64,000 bases of DNA from Maricaulis sp. (GCF_030149515.1 NZ_JASBRI010000015.1:15477-79476), one strand, 5' to 3'; shown: positions 10,018 through 21,045, numbered from the stretch's first letter. A program made the numbers and translations. Notes: generated by a model from the letters alone, not told the origin.

Positions 10018-11421
10018 TCAGTTCCTGATGAAAAGGGCCCAGATCGCGGCGATGGCGGCCAGCACCTCCAAACGCCCCAGAATCATGGCTGAAATAAGGA
10101 TGGGTTTGGCCATGTCGGTCACATCCCGCCAACCCGCGCCTCCCTGTACTTCGTTGAGCAGCGGTCCGGTATTGGCCAGCGCGGCAGCATTGGCAAGAAA
10201 GGCGGTCTCGAAGTCGAGGCCGGTCAGGGTGAGGGCCAGGCTCCCCAGTCCCAGACACGCAACAAAGCCCAGCACATATGCCCAGATCCCGATCAGCGCC
10301 GAGTCGCGGGCCGAGCGGCCGCGGAACGTCACCGGAACGATGCTTGACGGGTCGGACAGAACAGCGAGTTCCGACCCCATACGCCTCCAGAGCAGAAGAA
10401 TACGGGAGATCTTGACGCCGCCGGTCGTGGAGGCTGCAGCCCCGCCGATCAACGCCACGAACACGGCCGCAATGGGCACCGGCGACAACGCCCCCGTCAC
10501 GGAATAGCCCGCAGTGGTGACCATGAAGAGCGCATCCAGGACATGCCTGTGTACGGCTTCCGGTTGCGCCAGGCCGTACAGTACGGCCAGGCCCGCAATC
10601 AGCGCAGCCATTCCCACGAGGTCGGGATCCTTCAGCACGCTGCGATCCCGCAATACATCCCAGAACAGCGATATATTGACGCTGCCGGCCAGACAGCCGA
10701 GGGCGACCACAAGCGTGGACACGCCCCCGAATGTCGAGATCAACCCGCCCGGCGCGGGTGCGTAGCCACTCGTCGAGATGGCTCCCATGGCCAGAACGGT
10801 TGCATCGAACAGGCCGTTTCCCGCCAGCAGCAGGCCCAGCCAGACGAAGGATGTCACCACCGCATAGATCAGCCCCACGCGTTGACCGGCTTGCGGAAGG
10901 TGGGAAAAAACATTGTCCTGGCGAATGGTCAGCAGGGCCGAGCGCCGGATGGCCGGTACGTCGCGGTCCAGCGCAGCAAAGACGGCAATCGCCAGCAGCA
11001 GAGTTGCGTAGCCGCCGAGCCAGGCCAGAATCGCCCGCCAGAAAATGAGAGCCCGCGGCAGATCGTCCGGGGGCAGCAAGGTCGCCCCGGTGGTTGTGAC
11101 GGCGGAATAGGCTTCGAACAAGGCGTCGATCGGGTCGAAATACCCCGTCAGCCAGAAGGGCAAGGCGGCGATCGCCGGTGTCGTCACCCAGGCCAGAAGG
11201 GCCAGGCCCAGCGCATCCAGGGCGCTGGCACCGATGCGCATGCCCGATGTGGCCGACAGAACGAGCACGCCCGGCACCAGCGCGATGCCGGCGGTAAACA
11301 TGAAGAATGGCGCCAGATGCCCTTCCCCGACCGCTGCGGCTGCTATGGCTGCCAGTATGGCGACCAGCGCCACGAGCACCCAAAGGGCTCCGAGGGGCCG
11401 GAGAAGCGCGGCCAGGGTCAT
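10018..11421 (-). CDS. trkH: Trk potassium uptake membrane protein
   Basis: Four pore-loop glycine motifs (TTTG, STSG, TTAG, ANTG), STTGGVK, MILGRLE; directly after trkA. Confidence 0.88.
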   Translation of the reverse strand: MTLAALLRPLGALWVLVALVAILAAIAAAAVGEGHLAPFFMFTAGIALVPGVLVLSATSGMRIGASALDALGLALLAWVTTPAIAALPFWLTGYFDPIDALFEAYSAVTTTGATLLPPDDLPRALIFWRAILAWLGGYATLLLAIAVFAALDRDVPAIRRSALLTIRQDNVFSHLPQAGQRVGLIYAVVTSFVWLGLLLAGNGLFDATVLAMGAISTSGYAPAPGGLISTFGGVSTLVVALGCLAGSVNISLFWDVLRDRSVLKDPDLVGMAALIAGLAVLYGLAQPEAVHRHVLDALFMVTTAGYSVTGALSPVPIAAVFVALIGGAAASTTGGVKISRILLLWRRMGSELAVLSDPSSIVPVTFRGRSARDSALIGIWAYVLGFVACLGLGSLALTLTGLDFETAFLANAAALANTGPLLNEVQGGAGWRDVTDMAKPILISAMILGRLEVLAAIAAIWALFIRN

Positions 11422-11424
11422 GGT

Positions 11425-12798
11425 CTAGAAATACTCGAGGCTGACGCGGAACAGGTGCTCGACCTTGGGGATCAGCGCTGTATTGCAGAACAGGAGAACC
11501 CGGTCGTTTTCACGCACCCGGCCCTCATCGCAGGGCAGGATCACCTTGTCGCCGCGCACAACGGCCCCCAGGGCCACGCCGTCAGGCAATTCCAGCTCGT
11601 CCAGCGTCCGGCCGACCAGCGGCGATGTCGACAGGGCCACGCCCTCCAGGGCCTCCGCCTGTCCCCCGCCCAGGCTTTGCAGCCCCGTAATCCGGCCCCG
11701 GCGTATGTGCTGCAGGATCGTCGATACGGTTGTCGCCCTCGGATCGATCAGCACGTCAATGCCCAGGGGATCGCGCATGCTCTCGAACGTGCGGTCATTG
11801 ATCAGGCTGAGCGCCCGTTCGGCCCCTTCCCGCTTGGCCATCACCGCCGAGAGCATGTTGACCTTGTCGTCATTGGTCACGCAGATGACCAGCTCGGCAT
11901 TGCCGACGCCAGCCTCGCGCATCATGCGGGCATTGAGCCCGTCTCCGTGCAGGACGACTGTCTTCTTCAGACGTTCGGCGGCCGCCTCGGCACGTGCCTT
12001 GTCCGCCTCGATCAGACGCACCTTGACACCCCCTGCCCGTTCAAGGGCCCGGGCAACATAGACGCCGATATTGCCGGCACCGACAACCACGACGCGGCGG
12101 ATCTGTTCGGCACTGCGGCCGAAAATATCGAGCACACGCCGTACCTGCGCGCTCTCGGTGACGACGTAGACATCGTCTCCCGCAAGCAGCGGGTCGCCGG
12201 GCTTGGGAATGAACAGGGTCTGTTCGCGTTGCACGCCAACGACCGCTACGCGCAAGTCCGGAAACAGCTCCATCACCTGCTGCGTCGACGATCCCGCCAC
12301 GGGCGAACTATCCTCCAGCCGAAGACCGAGCAGCTGCACCCGGCCTCCCGAAAAGACCGCCGTTGAAAACGCACCGGGCGTCTCTACCCGCTGAAGAATG
12401 GCGCGGCCTACCTCCAGTTCCGGAGAAATCACCACGTCGACAGGCAGATTACCCGTGGAAAACAGGTCGCCCCAGGCCGGATCAAGATAATTCTGCGCAC
12501 GTACGCGGGCGATCCGCATCGGCGTGGAAAAAAGGGAGTGGGCCACCTGGCAGGCGACCATGTTGGTTTCGTCGGAATAGGTTACCGCCACAAGAAGGTC
12601 GGCTTCGCGGGCGCCCGCACGTTCCAGCACGTCGGGATGCGAAGCGTGCCCCACCACGCCGCGCACATCGAGATCGGTGACGACATTGTCGATCAGCTCG
12701 GTCGACCAGTCGACCACGGTCACCGCATTGCCTTCCCGGGCCAGGGCCCGGGCAATCCCCACACCGACCTGGCCGGCTCCGCAGACTATGGCTTTCAT
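11425..12798 (-). CDS. trkA: Trk potassium transporter regulatory subunit
   Basis: Two RCK Rossmann motifs (CGAGQVG, VGAGNIG); 457 aa. Confidence 0.95.
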   Translation of the reverse strand: MKAIVCGAGQVGVGIARALAREGNAVTVVDWSTELIDNVVTDLDVRGVVGHASHPDVLERAGAREADLLVAVTYSDETNMVACQVAHSLFSTPMRIARVRAQNYLDPAWGDLFSTGNLPVDVVISPELEVGRAILQRVETPGAFSTAVFSGGRVQLLGLRLEDSSPVAGSSTQQVMELFPDLRVAVVGVQREQTLFIPKPGDPLLAGDDVYVVTESAQVRRVLDIFGRSAEQIRRVVVVGAGNIGVYVARALERAGGVKVRLIEADKARAEAAAERLKKTVVLHGDGLNARMMREAGVGNAELVICVTNDDKVNMLSAVMAKREGAERALSLINDRTFESMRDPLGIDVLIDPRATTVSTILQHIRRGRITGLQSLGGGQAEALEGVALSTSPLVGRTLDELELPDGVALGAVVRGDKVILPCDEGRVRENDRVLLFCNTALIPKVEHLFRVSLEYF

Positions 12799-12818
12799 GT
12801 CCGTCCGCCTCGTTTGTC

Positions 12819-14207
12819 CTAGACCGCACCTTCACGGCTGGGACTGCCTACTCCGAGGGATTTCAGCTTGCGATGCAAGGCTGATCGCTCCATGCCGATG
12901 AAGGCGGCAGTGCGGGAGATATTGCCGCCGAACCTGTCGATCTGTGCCTTGAGATATTCCCGTTCGAAGTTTTCCCGCGCCTCGCGCAAAGACAAGGCGA
13001 TCATCTTCTCGGCGTCAAACCCCGCATCGTGATTGTCACGGGTGACGACCTCCGAGGGCAGGGACTCCAGCGTGATGGGTTCGTTGGCCGCACCCGTGGC
13101 CAGGATCAGCAGGCGTTCCACATTATTGCGCAACTGACGCACATTTCCCGGCCAGCTGTGCGCCTGGAGGGCTGCCATCACATCATCGCCGAATTCGCGT
13201 CGCGGCAAGCCGGCCGACACGGTAAGCCGGTCCACGAAATGCCGGACAAGATGGGGAACATCCTCGCGCCGTTCGGCCAATGCCGGCACCGTCACCGGAA
13301 CCACGGCAAGCCGGTGGTAAAGATCTTCGCGGAAACGGCCTTCCTGGATCCGGGTATTCAGGTCCTGTGCCGTCGAGGAGATCACCCGAACATTCACCTG
13401 CACATCGGCCGTACCCGCGACACGGCGGAAACGCTGCTCGACCAGCAGGCGCAGAAGCTTGCTCTGGGTCTCCCGGGGCATGTCCGCAATTTCGTCGAGA
13501 TAGAGCGTGCCGCCATGCGCACGCTCGAGCAGACCGACATGCCGGACCGATCCATCGTCGTTTTCGCGGCCGAACAGTTCTTCTTCCACGCCTTCAGGCG
13601 ACATGCCCGGCGCGCTGACGGCGATGAAATCGGCGCCGGACCGGGGTGAGTTTTCGTGGATCAGGCGAGCGACGAGCTCCTTGCCGGCCCCCGACGGCCC
13701 CCGTATCAGAACCCGGCTGTTCGTGGGGGCGACACGCTCGATGAGCTGGCGCACCTGAACGATGCCGGTGGAGTCTCCGATCAGCGTATTCTGGGCATCC
13801 GCTCGGGCCCGCAATTGTGCATTTTCGCTGCGCAGGCGGCTGGCCTCGAGGGCACGCTTGACTGTCAACAGGAGCTTGTCGCTCTTGAACGGTTTCTCGA
13901 TGAAATCATAGGCGCCCTTGCGAATGGCCGCGACAGCCGTCTCGATTGTGCCATGGCCGGAAATCACGATCACCGGCAGGTCCGGATCATGCGCGCGGAA
14001 TTCGTCCAGCAGCTCGATCCCGTCGAGACGGCTGCCTTGCAGCCAGACATCGAGAATGACCAGCGATGGCTTGCGTGCCCGGATCGCATCCAGTGCCGCA
14101 TCCGCATCGGCCGCTTCGCGCGGTTCATAGCCGTCGTCTTCCAGAAGCCCGCCAATCAGTTCCCGGATATCGGCTTCGTCATCCACGACGAGAATGTCCT
14201 TAGCCAT
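12819..14207 (-). CDS. ntrX: Response regulator NtrX
   Basis: REC domain (LDVWL, ISGHG), AAA+ domain (GPSGAGKE, LYLDEI, WPGNVRQL; no GAFTGA), Fis HTH GMERSALHRKL. Confidence 0.95.
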   Translation of the reverse strand: MAKDILVVDDEADIRELIGGLLEDDGYEPREAADADAALDAIRARKPSLVILDVWLQGSRLDGIELLDEFRAHDPDLPVIVISGHGTIETAVAAIRKGAYDFIEKPFKSDKLLLTVKRALEASRLRSENAQLRARADAQNTLIGDSTGIVQVRQLIERVAPTNSRVLIRGPSGAGKELVARLIHENSPRSGADFIAVSAPGMSPEGVEEELFGRENDDGSVRHVGLLERAHGGTLYLDEIADMPRETQSKLLRLLVEQRFRRVAGTADVQVNVRVISSTAQDLNTRIQEGRFREDLYHRLAVVPVTVPALAERREDVPHLVRHFVDRLTVSAGLPRREFGDDVMAALQAHSWPGNVRQLRNNVERLLILATGAANEPITLESLPSEVVTRDNHDAGFDAEKMIALSLREARENFEREYLKAQIDRFGGNISRTAAFIGMERSALHRKLKSLGVGSPSREGAV

Positions 14208-14210
14208 GGA

Positions 14211-16436
14211 TCATGCCTCCTGCACAGACGGGATCACTGGATCGGCAGCGTCAGCGAGCGGGAAGACCAGCCGCACGACGGCGCCCTCTCCGCTTGCCGG
14301 CACATCCAGCTCCAGACGTCCCTTATGGTCTTCCATCACGCGCTTGACGATCGCCAGACCGAGGCCCGTCCCCTTCTCGCGCGTGGTCATATAGGGCTCG
14401 GTCAACCGTTCGCGATTGGCGGTCGGCCAGCCCAGCCCGTTATCCTCGACCTCGATGAGCGAGTATCCGTCGGCCTGCCGCAGACGCACTGCAACGCGAC
14501 CCGTTGCGCCATCGTTGTCCATGCGCGCACTCACGCTCTCGCAGGCATTCTTGAGAATATTGGCCAGAGCCTGGCTCGAAAGCCGGGCATCGCACAGGGC
14601 GTGGATGGGCTCGCCGGGGTGCTCGAACGGAACCTCGATATTCGGCGAGGCCACTCGCTGGGCAAAGACGGCCGACTTGACGAGCTCGCCCATCTCGACC
14701 CGCTCCACCTTTGGCTGGGGCATGCGGGCGAAAGACGAAAATTCGTCGACCATGCGGCCGATATCGTTGACCTGGCGGACGATCGTCTCCGTGCACCGGT
14801 CGAATGTTTCAACATCGGACTGGATCTCGTCGCGGTATTTCCGGCGGATACGTTCGGCCGACAACTGGATCGGCGTCAGCGGATTCTTGATCTCGTGCGC
14901 GATACGCCGGGCAACCTCGCGCCAGGCCGCATTGCGCTGGGCGGTAACCAGCCGGGTTACATCGTCGAACGTGATCACCAGCCCCGCCTCTTCGTCCATC
15001 GAGGCCCGGACGGTCAGGTGCCGCACCTGATCGTCATCGGCCTGCAGGTCGATCTGCGCCTCGGCAACGGAACCTGGGCGGCGCCGGGCCTGGGTGACGA
15101 TTTCCGTCAGTTCCGGCGCCACATCTTCAATCCGCACACCGATCAGGTCATCCGTGCCGGGGCTGAGCATGGAAATCGCGGACCGGTTGATCAGCGTGAC
15201 GTGATCCTCCCCGTCGAGGCCGATCACGCCGGCACGAACGCCCGCCAGGATGGCTTCGATGAAGGCCCGCCGCTTTTCCGACTCGGCATGCGACTCGATC
15301 AGTTCCCGGCGCTGGCTGCGCAATTGGCGTGTCATCCGGTTGAAGGCGCGGGCCAACGCCGCGATCTCGTCATCTTCGCGGCCCATCTGTACCCGGGCGT
15401 CCAGATCGCCACGGCGCACCCGTTCGGCCGCGCCGACCAGGCGGGAGATTGGCGTGACAACCCGCGTCGCCGCCGTCAGGGCCAGCCAGATCGATCCGAT
15501 CAGAAGCAGAATCCCGACCTCGAAATACAGGAAGTAGAAGGTCTGCCGTATCCGGGTCTCCTGTTGCGAGGCATCGCGCAATTCCCGCCGGGCGGCGCCC
15601 ATCTGGCGGAACAGGTCGATGTCCACGGGGTGTGAGACGAAAAGATAGGCATCCGGATAGGAATCCAGCCGGTAGAGCACCCGCATCACATCGATGGCGT
15701 CGGCGGAGGTGTCGGGTGTGGAAACCGCGAGATCGCCCTCATTGGCCAGTTCGTAGAGCCGGGGTGACGGCGCCACATATTCCTCGTTCTCGCGAAACTG
15801 CGTCCGGGCCAGCAGCGTACCGCGCCCATCCACCAGATAGGCGGCGACGAAACCCCGCTGGGCAGCCTGGGCGCTGAGATAACGCACATACTGGATACGG
15901 CTGGTCGTAAAGGCGTCGATGGCGTCGGGCTGGCTCAGGTCGTAGGCCATGGCCTGGAGCTGGTCGGACGCCCATTCGGCTTCCCGGTTGTAGAAGTCCA
16001 GCGCCACGGTCTCCAGCTGGTCGACCATCGTCGAGACCCTGTTGCCGAACCAGTAGTCCACGCCCCGGCTGATTACGGCACCGAGAAACAGCGCCGACAG
16101 GATTGCCGGCGTCGCAGCCGCAATCGAAAACAGGGCTACGAAACGCAAATGCAGTCGCGGAGTCGGTTCGCCAAAACGCCGCGCGCGGACCCGCCGGACA
16201 AAGCGCAAGGCAACAACACCGGCAAGTCCGGCGATGAGCACGGCATTGCCAATGAGAATGGCGATGGCGAACCGGTTATTGGGACCTGTCAGCCCGCCTT
16301 CGCGCAACAGGATAACGGCCGCTGCGGACAGCAGACCCAGCGATACGACAAAGCCCATTCCGAACAACGCCGCAGATTGCGGAGAGATATTCCGGATCAG
16401 TGTCTTGGCGGATGGCTGCGGCAAAGATCGCCTCAC
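14211..16436 (-). CDS. ntrY: Sensor histidine kinase NtrY
   Basis: TM segments, HAMP, PAS, AWREVARRIAHEIKNPLTPIQL, GTGLGLAIV. Start is uncertain; GTG 16523 is also possible. Confidence 0.93.
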   Translation of the reverse strand: MRRSLPQPSAKTLIRNISPQSAALFGMGFVVSLGLLSAAAVILLREGGLTGPNNRFAIAILIGNAVLIAGLAGVVALRFVRRVRARRFGEPTPRLHLRFVALFSIAAATPAILSALFLGAVISRGVDYWFGNRVSTMVDQLETVALDFYNREAEWASDQLQAMAYDLSQPDAIDAFTTSRIQYVRYLSAQAAQRGFVAAYLVDGRGTLLARTQFRENEEYVAPSPRLYELANEGDLAVSTPDTSADAIDVMRVLYRLDSYPDAYLFVSHPVDIDLFRQMGAARRELRDASQQETRIRQTFYFLYFEVGILLLIGSIWLALTAATRVVTPISRLVGAAERVRRGDLDARVQMGREDDEIAALARAFNRMTRQLRSQRRELIESHAESEKRRAFIEAILAGVRAGVIGLDGEDHVTLINRSAISMLSPGTDDLIGVRIEDVAPELTEIVTQARRRPGSVAEAQIDLQADDDQVRHLTVRASMDEEAGLVITFDDVTRLVTAQRNAAWREVARRIAHEIKNPLTPIQLSAERIRRKYRDEIQSDVETFDRCTETIVRQVNDIGRMVDEFSSFARMPQPKVERVEMGELVKSAVFAQRVASPNIEVPFEHPGEPIHALCDARLSSQALANILKNACESVSARMDNDGATGRVAVRLRQADGYSLIEVEDNGLGWPTANRERLTEPYMTTREKGTGLGLAIVKRVMEDHKGRLELDVPASGEGAVVRLVFPLADAADPVIPSVQEA

Positions 16437-16503
16437 ATGTTGCAGAGACGCATCATTGCGCCGACGTTGCACAAAATCAACATGCGTTACGCCTTGGCCA
16501 CAG

Positions 16504-17769
16504 CTAGGCCTCCGTCTCGCCACCCAACTCGCTCAATCGCCGTGCGAGCGTATTGCGGTTCAGGCCCAGCAGTTCCGCGGCCCTGGACCGGTTTCCGTTG
16601 CAACGATCCAGGGCCTGCGCAAAAAGGGCCCGCTCGACCGCGTCGACGGCAACCTGCCGCGCATCGGAGCCCGACGATAGTGCCAGTGCGGCCAATGCAT
16701 TGGCATGCACGTCCATCTCTTCCGCCGCATCGCCCCCATCCGCGCTGAAGGCGTCGATCACATCTGTCAGGGCCGCCACGCGACCGCGGGTCGCCAGCGA
16801 CAGGCGCGACAGGACGGAGCGCAGCTCGACGACATTGCCGGTCCAGGGGGAAGTGGCGAGATACTCCATGGCGTCCTTGGACACGCGCACGACGGGCTGC
16901 TGATCGCGGCGTGCGAACTGACCGAGAAAGGCTTCGCACAGGGCCGGAATATCGCTGCGGCGCTCACGCAGAGGCGGAACCGTGATCACACATTCGCTCA
17001 GGCGGGCGGCCAGCCGGTTATCCAGCGGCTTGGCCGGCGCCTGCGAGGCCGTCGCGATGACGCGGCCTGCCCCCGCATCCAGCGCATCGCGCGCGGCCCG
17101 CTGCTGGTCGATACTCCATTCCTCCAGCCGCAGCCAGACGACCTGCCGGGCGGCCTGTGTCGACCCGAAAATGTCCGAAGCCGTGTTGGACGGCGTGACC
17201 ACAACGGCATCGTCGGCCGATACGCCGCGGGCGCGCAGCAGGGCCTCCGCCGCCTGGCGCTTGCCGACGCCCGGCTCGCCGGTGATCATGACATGAGCCT
17301 GGCTGGTCGCGGCACGGGCGATCGCCTTGAAGGCCGACTGCATGGCCACCGACTGGCCGATGAAACCGGTCGGCTCCTCCGCCATCCGGGTGCGCTGGCT
17401 GGTCTTGGTGTCGCCCAGCGCCGCCCCGACCGCAGCAATCATGTCGTCAAGATCGAAGGGTTTGGGCAGGTATTCGAACACACCGCCCTTTGCGGCATTG
17501 ATCGCAGTGGATGCCGTGGCCTGGGCACTCATCACGATCACCGGCATCTGCGGCCGCAGCCGGGAGACCAGGCTGAGATTCTCCAGGAAATTCGTCCCGT
17601 CCAGCAGCACGTCGGCCAGCAGGAGGTCGCCCTCACCATTGCGGATCCAGCCCAGCGCCGTGTCCGGCGAAGCCGTGGCACGCACCTGGTAGCCGGCCGA
17701 ACCCAGGGCCCGCGACAGTATCAGCTTCAGGCTCTCATCGTCTTCGAGAAGCAGGATGCGGGCACTCAC
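16504..17769 (-). CDS. ntrC: NtrC-family response regulator with degenerate AAA+ domain
   Basis: REC domain (ADV, MSAQ, YLPKPFDL), Walker A GEPGVGK, HTH GNRSRAAELLGLNRNTL; lies between ntrB and ntrY. Confidence 0.85.
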   Translation of the reverse strand: MSARILLLEDDESLKLILSRALGSAGYQVRATASPDTALGWIRNGEGDLLLADVLLDGTNFLENLSLVSRLRPQMPVIVMSAQATASTAINAAKGGVFEYLPKPFDLDDMIAAVGAALGDTKTSQRTRMAEEPTGFIGQSVAMQSAFKAIARAATSQAHVMITGEPGVGKRQAAEALLRARGVSADDAVVVTPSNTASDIFGSTQAARQVVWLRLEEWSIDQQRAARDALDAGAGRVIATASQAPAKPLDNRLAARLSECVITVPPLRERRSDIPALCEAFLGQFARRDQQPVVRVSKDAMEYLATSPWTGNVVELRSVLSRLSLATRGRVAALTDVIDAFSADGGDAAEEMDVHANALAALALSSGSDARQVAVDAVERALFAQALDRCNGNRSRAAELLGLNRNTLARRLSELGGETEA

Positions 17770-18818
17770 GATGGCATCTCCCTGGCGACCGGTAGGCGCA
17801 GGTGGAAAGCGGTGCGGCCCGGTTCGCTTTCATAATCCAGCTGACCCTCATGCAGGGCCGCAATGCGGGCGGCAAAGGCCAGGCCCAACCCCTCGCCCGC
17901 CGGCTTGGACGTGACAAAAGGCGTGAATATATCCGGGCCCAGCGTGTCGGGGATGCCCGGCCCGTTGTCCCGAACGACGAGGACCAGCGGCGTCGGGTTG
18001 GCACCGGTCCGGCTTCGCGGCCCGGTGTCGAACCGGGTCTCGACGCGGATCTTCGGGTCCTTCACCTCGCGGACGGCGTCGAACGCGTTTTGCAGCAGGT
18101 TCAGAACGACCTGCAGCAGGAGGTCATGGTCGCCGTCCACTTCCGGCAGGGACGGGTCGAAATCCTCGCGCAGGACCGCCGAGGCCGTGCCATCGGCGCG
18201 GACCAGCCCGTCCATCGCTCTCACCGCCAGCCGGTTCAGATTGATGGGTGAGCGGACGCCAAGCCGGACATCGCCGACCCGGCTCCAGTGATCGGCCAGG
18301 CGGGTGATACGGTCGACATCCTGGATGATGAGATGGGCCAGCTCGCCCGCCGCCTCGATATTGCTTTCGCGCCGGATCAGCTGCGCTGCGCCGCGCACAC
18401 TGGCGAGCGGGTTTTTCAGCTCGTGTGCCAGCATCCGGCCGAAGCCGAGGGCGGGCGCCTGGGAGGCTTTCGCGCCGGGTTCGCGGTGCGGCAGCACCGA
18501 CAGGGTCAGCGCGGATTGTTCGTCCGACCAGCGCGCATGCAGATCGAAGGGGCCGCCGGGTGCGAGCGCCAGGCCGAGCGCGACGACGGTACGCCGCGCG
18601 CTGCAGGCCTGCTCGACAATGTCAGCCAAGTGTGAACAAAGCGGAGAGTGTGCGGCAAAGCGCCCCTTGCGCAAATGACGCTGGGACAGTCCGAGCCACT
18701 CCTCGGCCTGGGTATTGGCCCAGGCAAACTGCCCGCTTTCGGAAAACTGCAGGATCGGGATTGCGGCCATGTCCGCGGCCAGCATGGCAGGTGACGGCTT
18801 TGCGGATGCCGCGTTCAT
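17766..18818 (-). CDS. ntrB: Sensor histidine kinase NtrB
   Basis: H-box [10 protein letters not shown]-box [25 protein letters not shown]; ATGA overlap with dusB. Confidence 0.88.
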   Translation of the reverse strand: MNAASAKPSPAMLAADMAAIPILQFSESGQFAWANTQAEEWLGLSQRHLRKGRFAAHSPLCSHLADIVEQACSARRTVVALGLALAPGGPFDLHARWSDEQSALTLSVLPHREPGAKASQAPALGFGRMLAHELKNPLASVRGAAQLIRRESNIEAAGELAHLIIQDVDRITRLADHWSRVGDVRLGVRSPINLNRLAVRAMDGLVRADGTASAVLREDFDPSLPEVDGDHDLLLQVVLNLLQNAFDAVREVKDPKIRVETRFDTGPRSRTGANPTPLVLVVRDNGPGIPDTLGPDIFTPFVTSKPAGEGLGLAFAARIAALHEGQLDYESEPGRTAFHLRLPVAREMPS

Positions 18819-19810
18819 GCCACTGCCCGGTGTTCCGGCTGCGTCAGCCGCGACAGCGCCCCGCGCACCGCCAACGGGTCGTCGGACCGGCACAGGATGG
18901 CACGAATACCGCCGATCCAGTCGGCGTCGCACAGCCCGCCCTCAACATCCACGAAGGAGGCAAAATGCTTGCGCATCATACGGATACCCAGGCATTCGCC
19001 ATAGTGCTCCAGCGCCATGTCGAACTGCCGGGCCAGCGCCTCGACCTTCGAACGCCAGGGCGTTTCGACCGGACGCCCGAGAAGCGCCGACCCGATCTCG
19101 CCCACCAGCCAGGGGCGCCCCTGGGCCGCCCGGCCGATCATCACCGCGTCGGCACCCGACGTTTCAAGCGCCGAACGGGCGTCCCCGGCGGTCTGGATAT
19201 CGCCGTTGACGACGACCGGGATGGACACCGCCGCCTTCACGGCGCGCACCGCAGCCCAGTCGGCCTCGCCCTTGTAGAATTGCTGCCGCGTCCGGCCGTG
19301 GACCGTGACCAGCTGTACACCTGCGTTTTCTGCGCGCCTGGCAAGGTCCGGCGCATTGAGACTGTCATGATCCCAGCCCAGCCGCATCTTCAGCGTAACC
19401 GGCACATCCACCGCCTCCACCGTCGCTTCGATGAGGGTCAGGGCGTGGTCGAGATCGCGCATCAGGGCGGAGCCGGACAGTCCCTTGGTCACCTGGCGGG
19501 CGGGGCAGCCCATATTGATGTCGACGATGTCGGCGCCGGCATCCCGGGCGATCTTCGCCCCTTCGGACATCCACCGCGCCTCACGGCCGGCCAGCTGGAT
19601 GATGCAGGGGTCGAGCGAGGCATCCAGCGCCGCCTTGCGCACCATGTCGACCCGGCCGCGCGCCAGAGCGTCGCTGGCGACCATTTCCGAGACCACCATG
19701 CCGGCGCCGAAACGCTGGACCTGACAGCGGAACGGCAGGTCGGTCACGCCGGACATGGGCGCGAGCACGGCGGGAATCTCGATCCGGTGCTTGCCGATTG
19801 CGAAGTGCAT
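18815..19810 (-). CDS. dusB: tRNA-dihydrouridine synthase B (NifR3)
   Basis: [35 protein letters not shown]. Start may be 19837. Confidence 0.95.
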   Translation of the reverse strand: MHFAIGKHRIEIPAVLAPMSGVTDLPFRCQVQRFGAGMVVSEMVASDALARGRVDMVRKAALDASLDPCIIQLAGREARWMSEGAKIARDAGADIVDINMGCPARQVTKGLSGSALMRDLDHALTLIEATVEAVDVPVTLKMRLGWDHDSLNAPDLARRAENAGVQLVTVHGRTRQQFYKGEADWAAVRAVKAAVSIPVVVNGDIQTAGDARSALETSGADAVMIGRAAQGRPWLVGEIGSALLGRPVETPWRSKVEALARQFDMALEHYGECLGIRMMRKHFASFVDVEGGLCDADWIGGIRAILCRSDDPLAVRGALSRLTQPEHRAVA

Positions 19811-19893
19811 GCTGCTGGACAAATCCTGAACGGGCATCGTAAGCCCGTCAGGCTAGCGATTATGCTGCGCTGCGGCAATGGATGAGGGCGGGC

Positions 19894-21045
19894 ATGAGGA
19901 TCGGTGCGGTGATCGTGGCGGCCGGACGCGGGGAGCGCGCCGGCGGCGGCATCCCCAAGCAATACAGGCGTCTGGCCGGCCAGAGCGTGCTCGCCCGCTC
20001 CATCCGTGCCCTGCGCGATCATCCACATGTCGATACAGTCATTGTGGTGATCAATCCGCAGGATACCGAGCATCTGGACGCCGTGGCCCGCGAGCTGGAC
20101 GCGCGATTCGATACCGTTCCCGGCGGGGCCACACGCACGGCCTCCGTGCAGGCGGGGCTGGAATGGATGCGGACATACGGCGCAGACGCGGTGATGATCC
20201 ATGATGCTGCCCGGCCGTTTGCCAGCCCATCCCTGATCGACCGGCTCGTTTCGGCCCTTGACCGGCATGCGGCAGTAATCCCGGCGCTTCCGGTTGCCGA
20301 TGCCCTCGTTCAGGTCGGCGACGGGGACGCGGTCCGGCACCCTGTCGACCGGACCGGGCTGCAAGCGGCGCAGACGCCGCAGGCGTTTCATCTGGCGCCG
20401 CTCCTGGAGGCCTATGCCCGTCTGGACGAAACCGCCCTTCCCGACGATGCCGCCGTCATACTGGCGGCCGGCGGCGCGGTACACACCGTCGCCGGCGAGG
20501 CCGGCAATTTCAAACTCACCACGCCCGGCGATTTCGACCGGGCCGAAGGGGAATTGGCGATGAAGGCGATCACGGTGACCGGACAGGGGTTAGACGTGCA
20601 CCGGCTGGAGCCGGCCGAAACGATGTGGCTGTGCGGTATCGAACTGCATGAGGGGCTGGGCCTGATCGGTCATTCCGATGCCGATGCCGGCCTGCATGCC
20701 GTCACCGACGCGGTGCTGGGTTGTGCCGGAGCGGGCGATATCGGCCAGCACTTTCCGCCCTCCGATCCTAAATGGCGCGGCGCGGCGTCGGACAAGTTTT
20801 TGCTGCACGCCCTGGACTTGCTGGCCAAAGCCGGCGGGCAGGCCGTTCACGCCGACGTAACCCTGATTGCGGAACGCCCGAAAATCGGCCCCTATCGCGA
20901 CGCCATGCGCCAGCGCCTGGCCGAGCTGCTGGATCTCGACCCCGCACGGGTCAACATCAAGGCGACCACGACCGAAAAGCTGGGCTTCACCGGCCGCGGC
21001 GAAGGCCTGGCCGCCCAGGCCGTGGTAACGGCGAGGCTGACATGA
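19894..21045 (+). CDS. ispDF: Bifunctional IspD/IspF
   Basis: AAGRGER, PKQY, IHDAARP, QTPQ; IspF half GLDVH, HSDAD, GDIGQHFP, KATTTEKLGF. Confidence 0.96.
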   Translation: MRIGAVIVAAGRGERAGGGIPKQYRRLAGQSVLARSIRALRDHPHVDTVIVVINPQDTEHLDAVARELDARFDTVPGGATRTASVQAGLEWMRTYGADAVMIHDAARPFASPSLIDRLVSALDRHAAVIPALPVADALVQVGDGDAVRHPVDRTGLQAAQTPQAFHLAPLLEAYARLDETALPDDAAVILAAGGAVHTVAGEAGNFKLTTPGDFDRAEGELAMKAITVTGQGLDVHRLEPAETMWLCGIELHEGLGLIGHSDADAGLHAVTDAVLGCAGAGDIGQHFPPSDPKWRGAASDKFLLHALDLLAKAGGQAVHADVTLIAERPKIGPYRDAMRQRLAELLDLDPARVNIKATTTEKLGFTGRGEGLAAQAVVTARLT

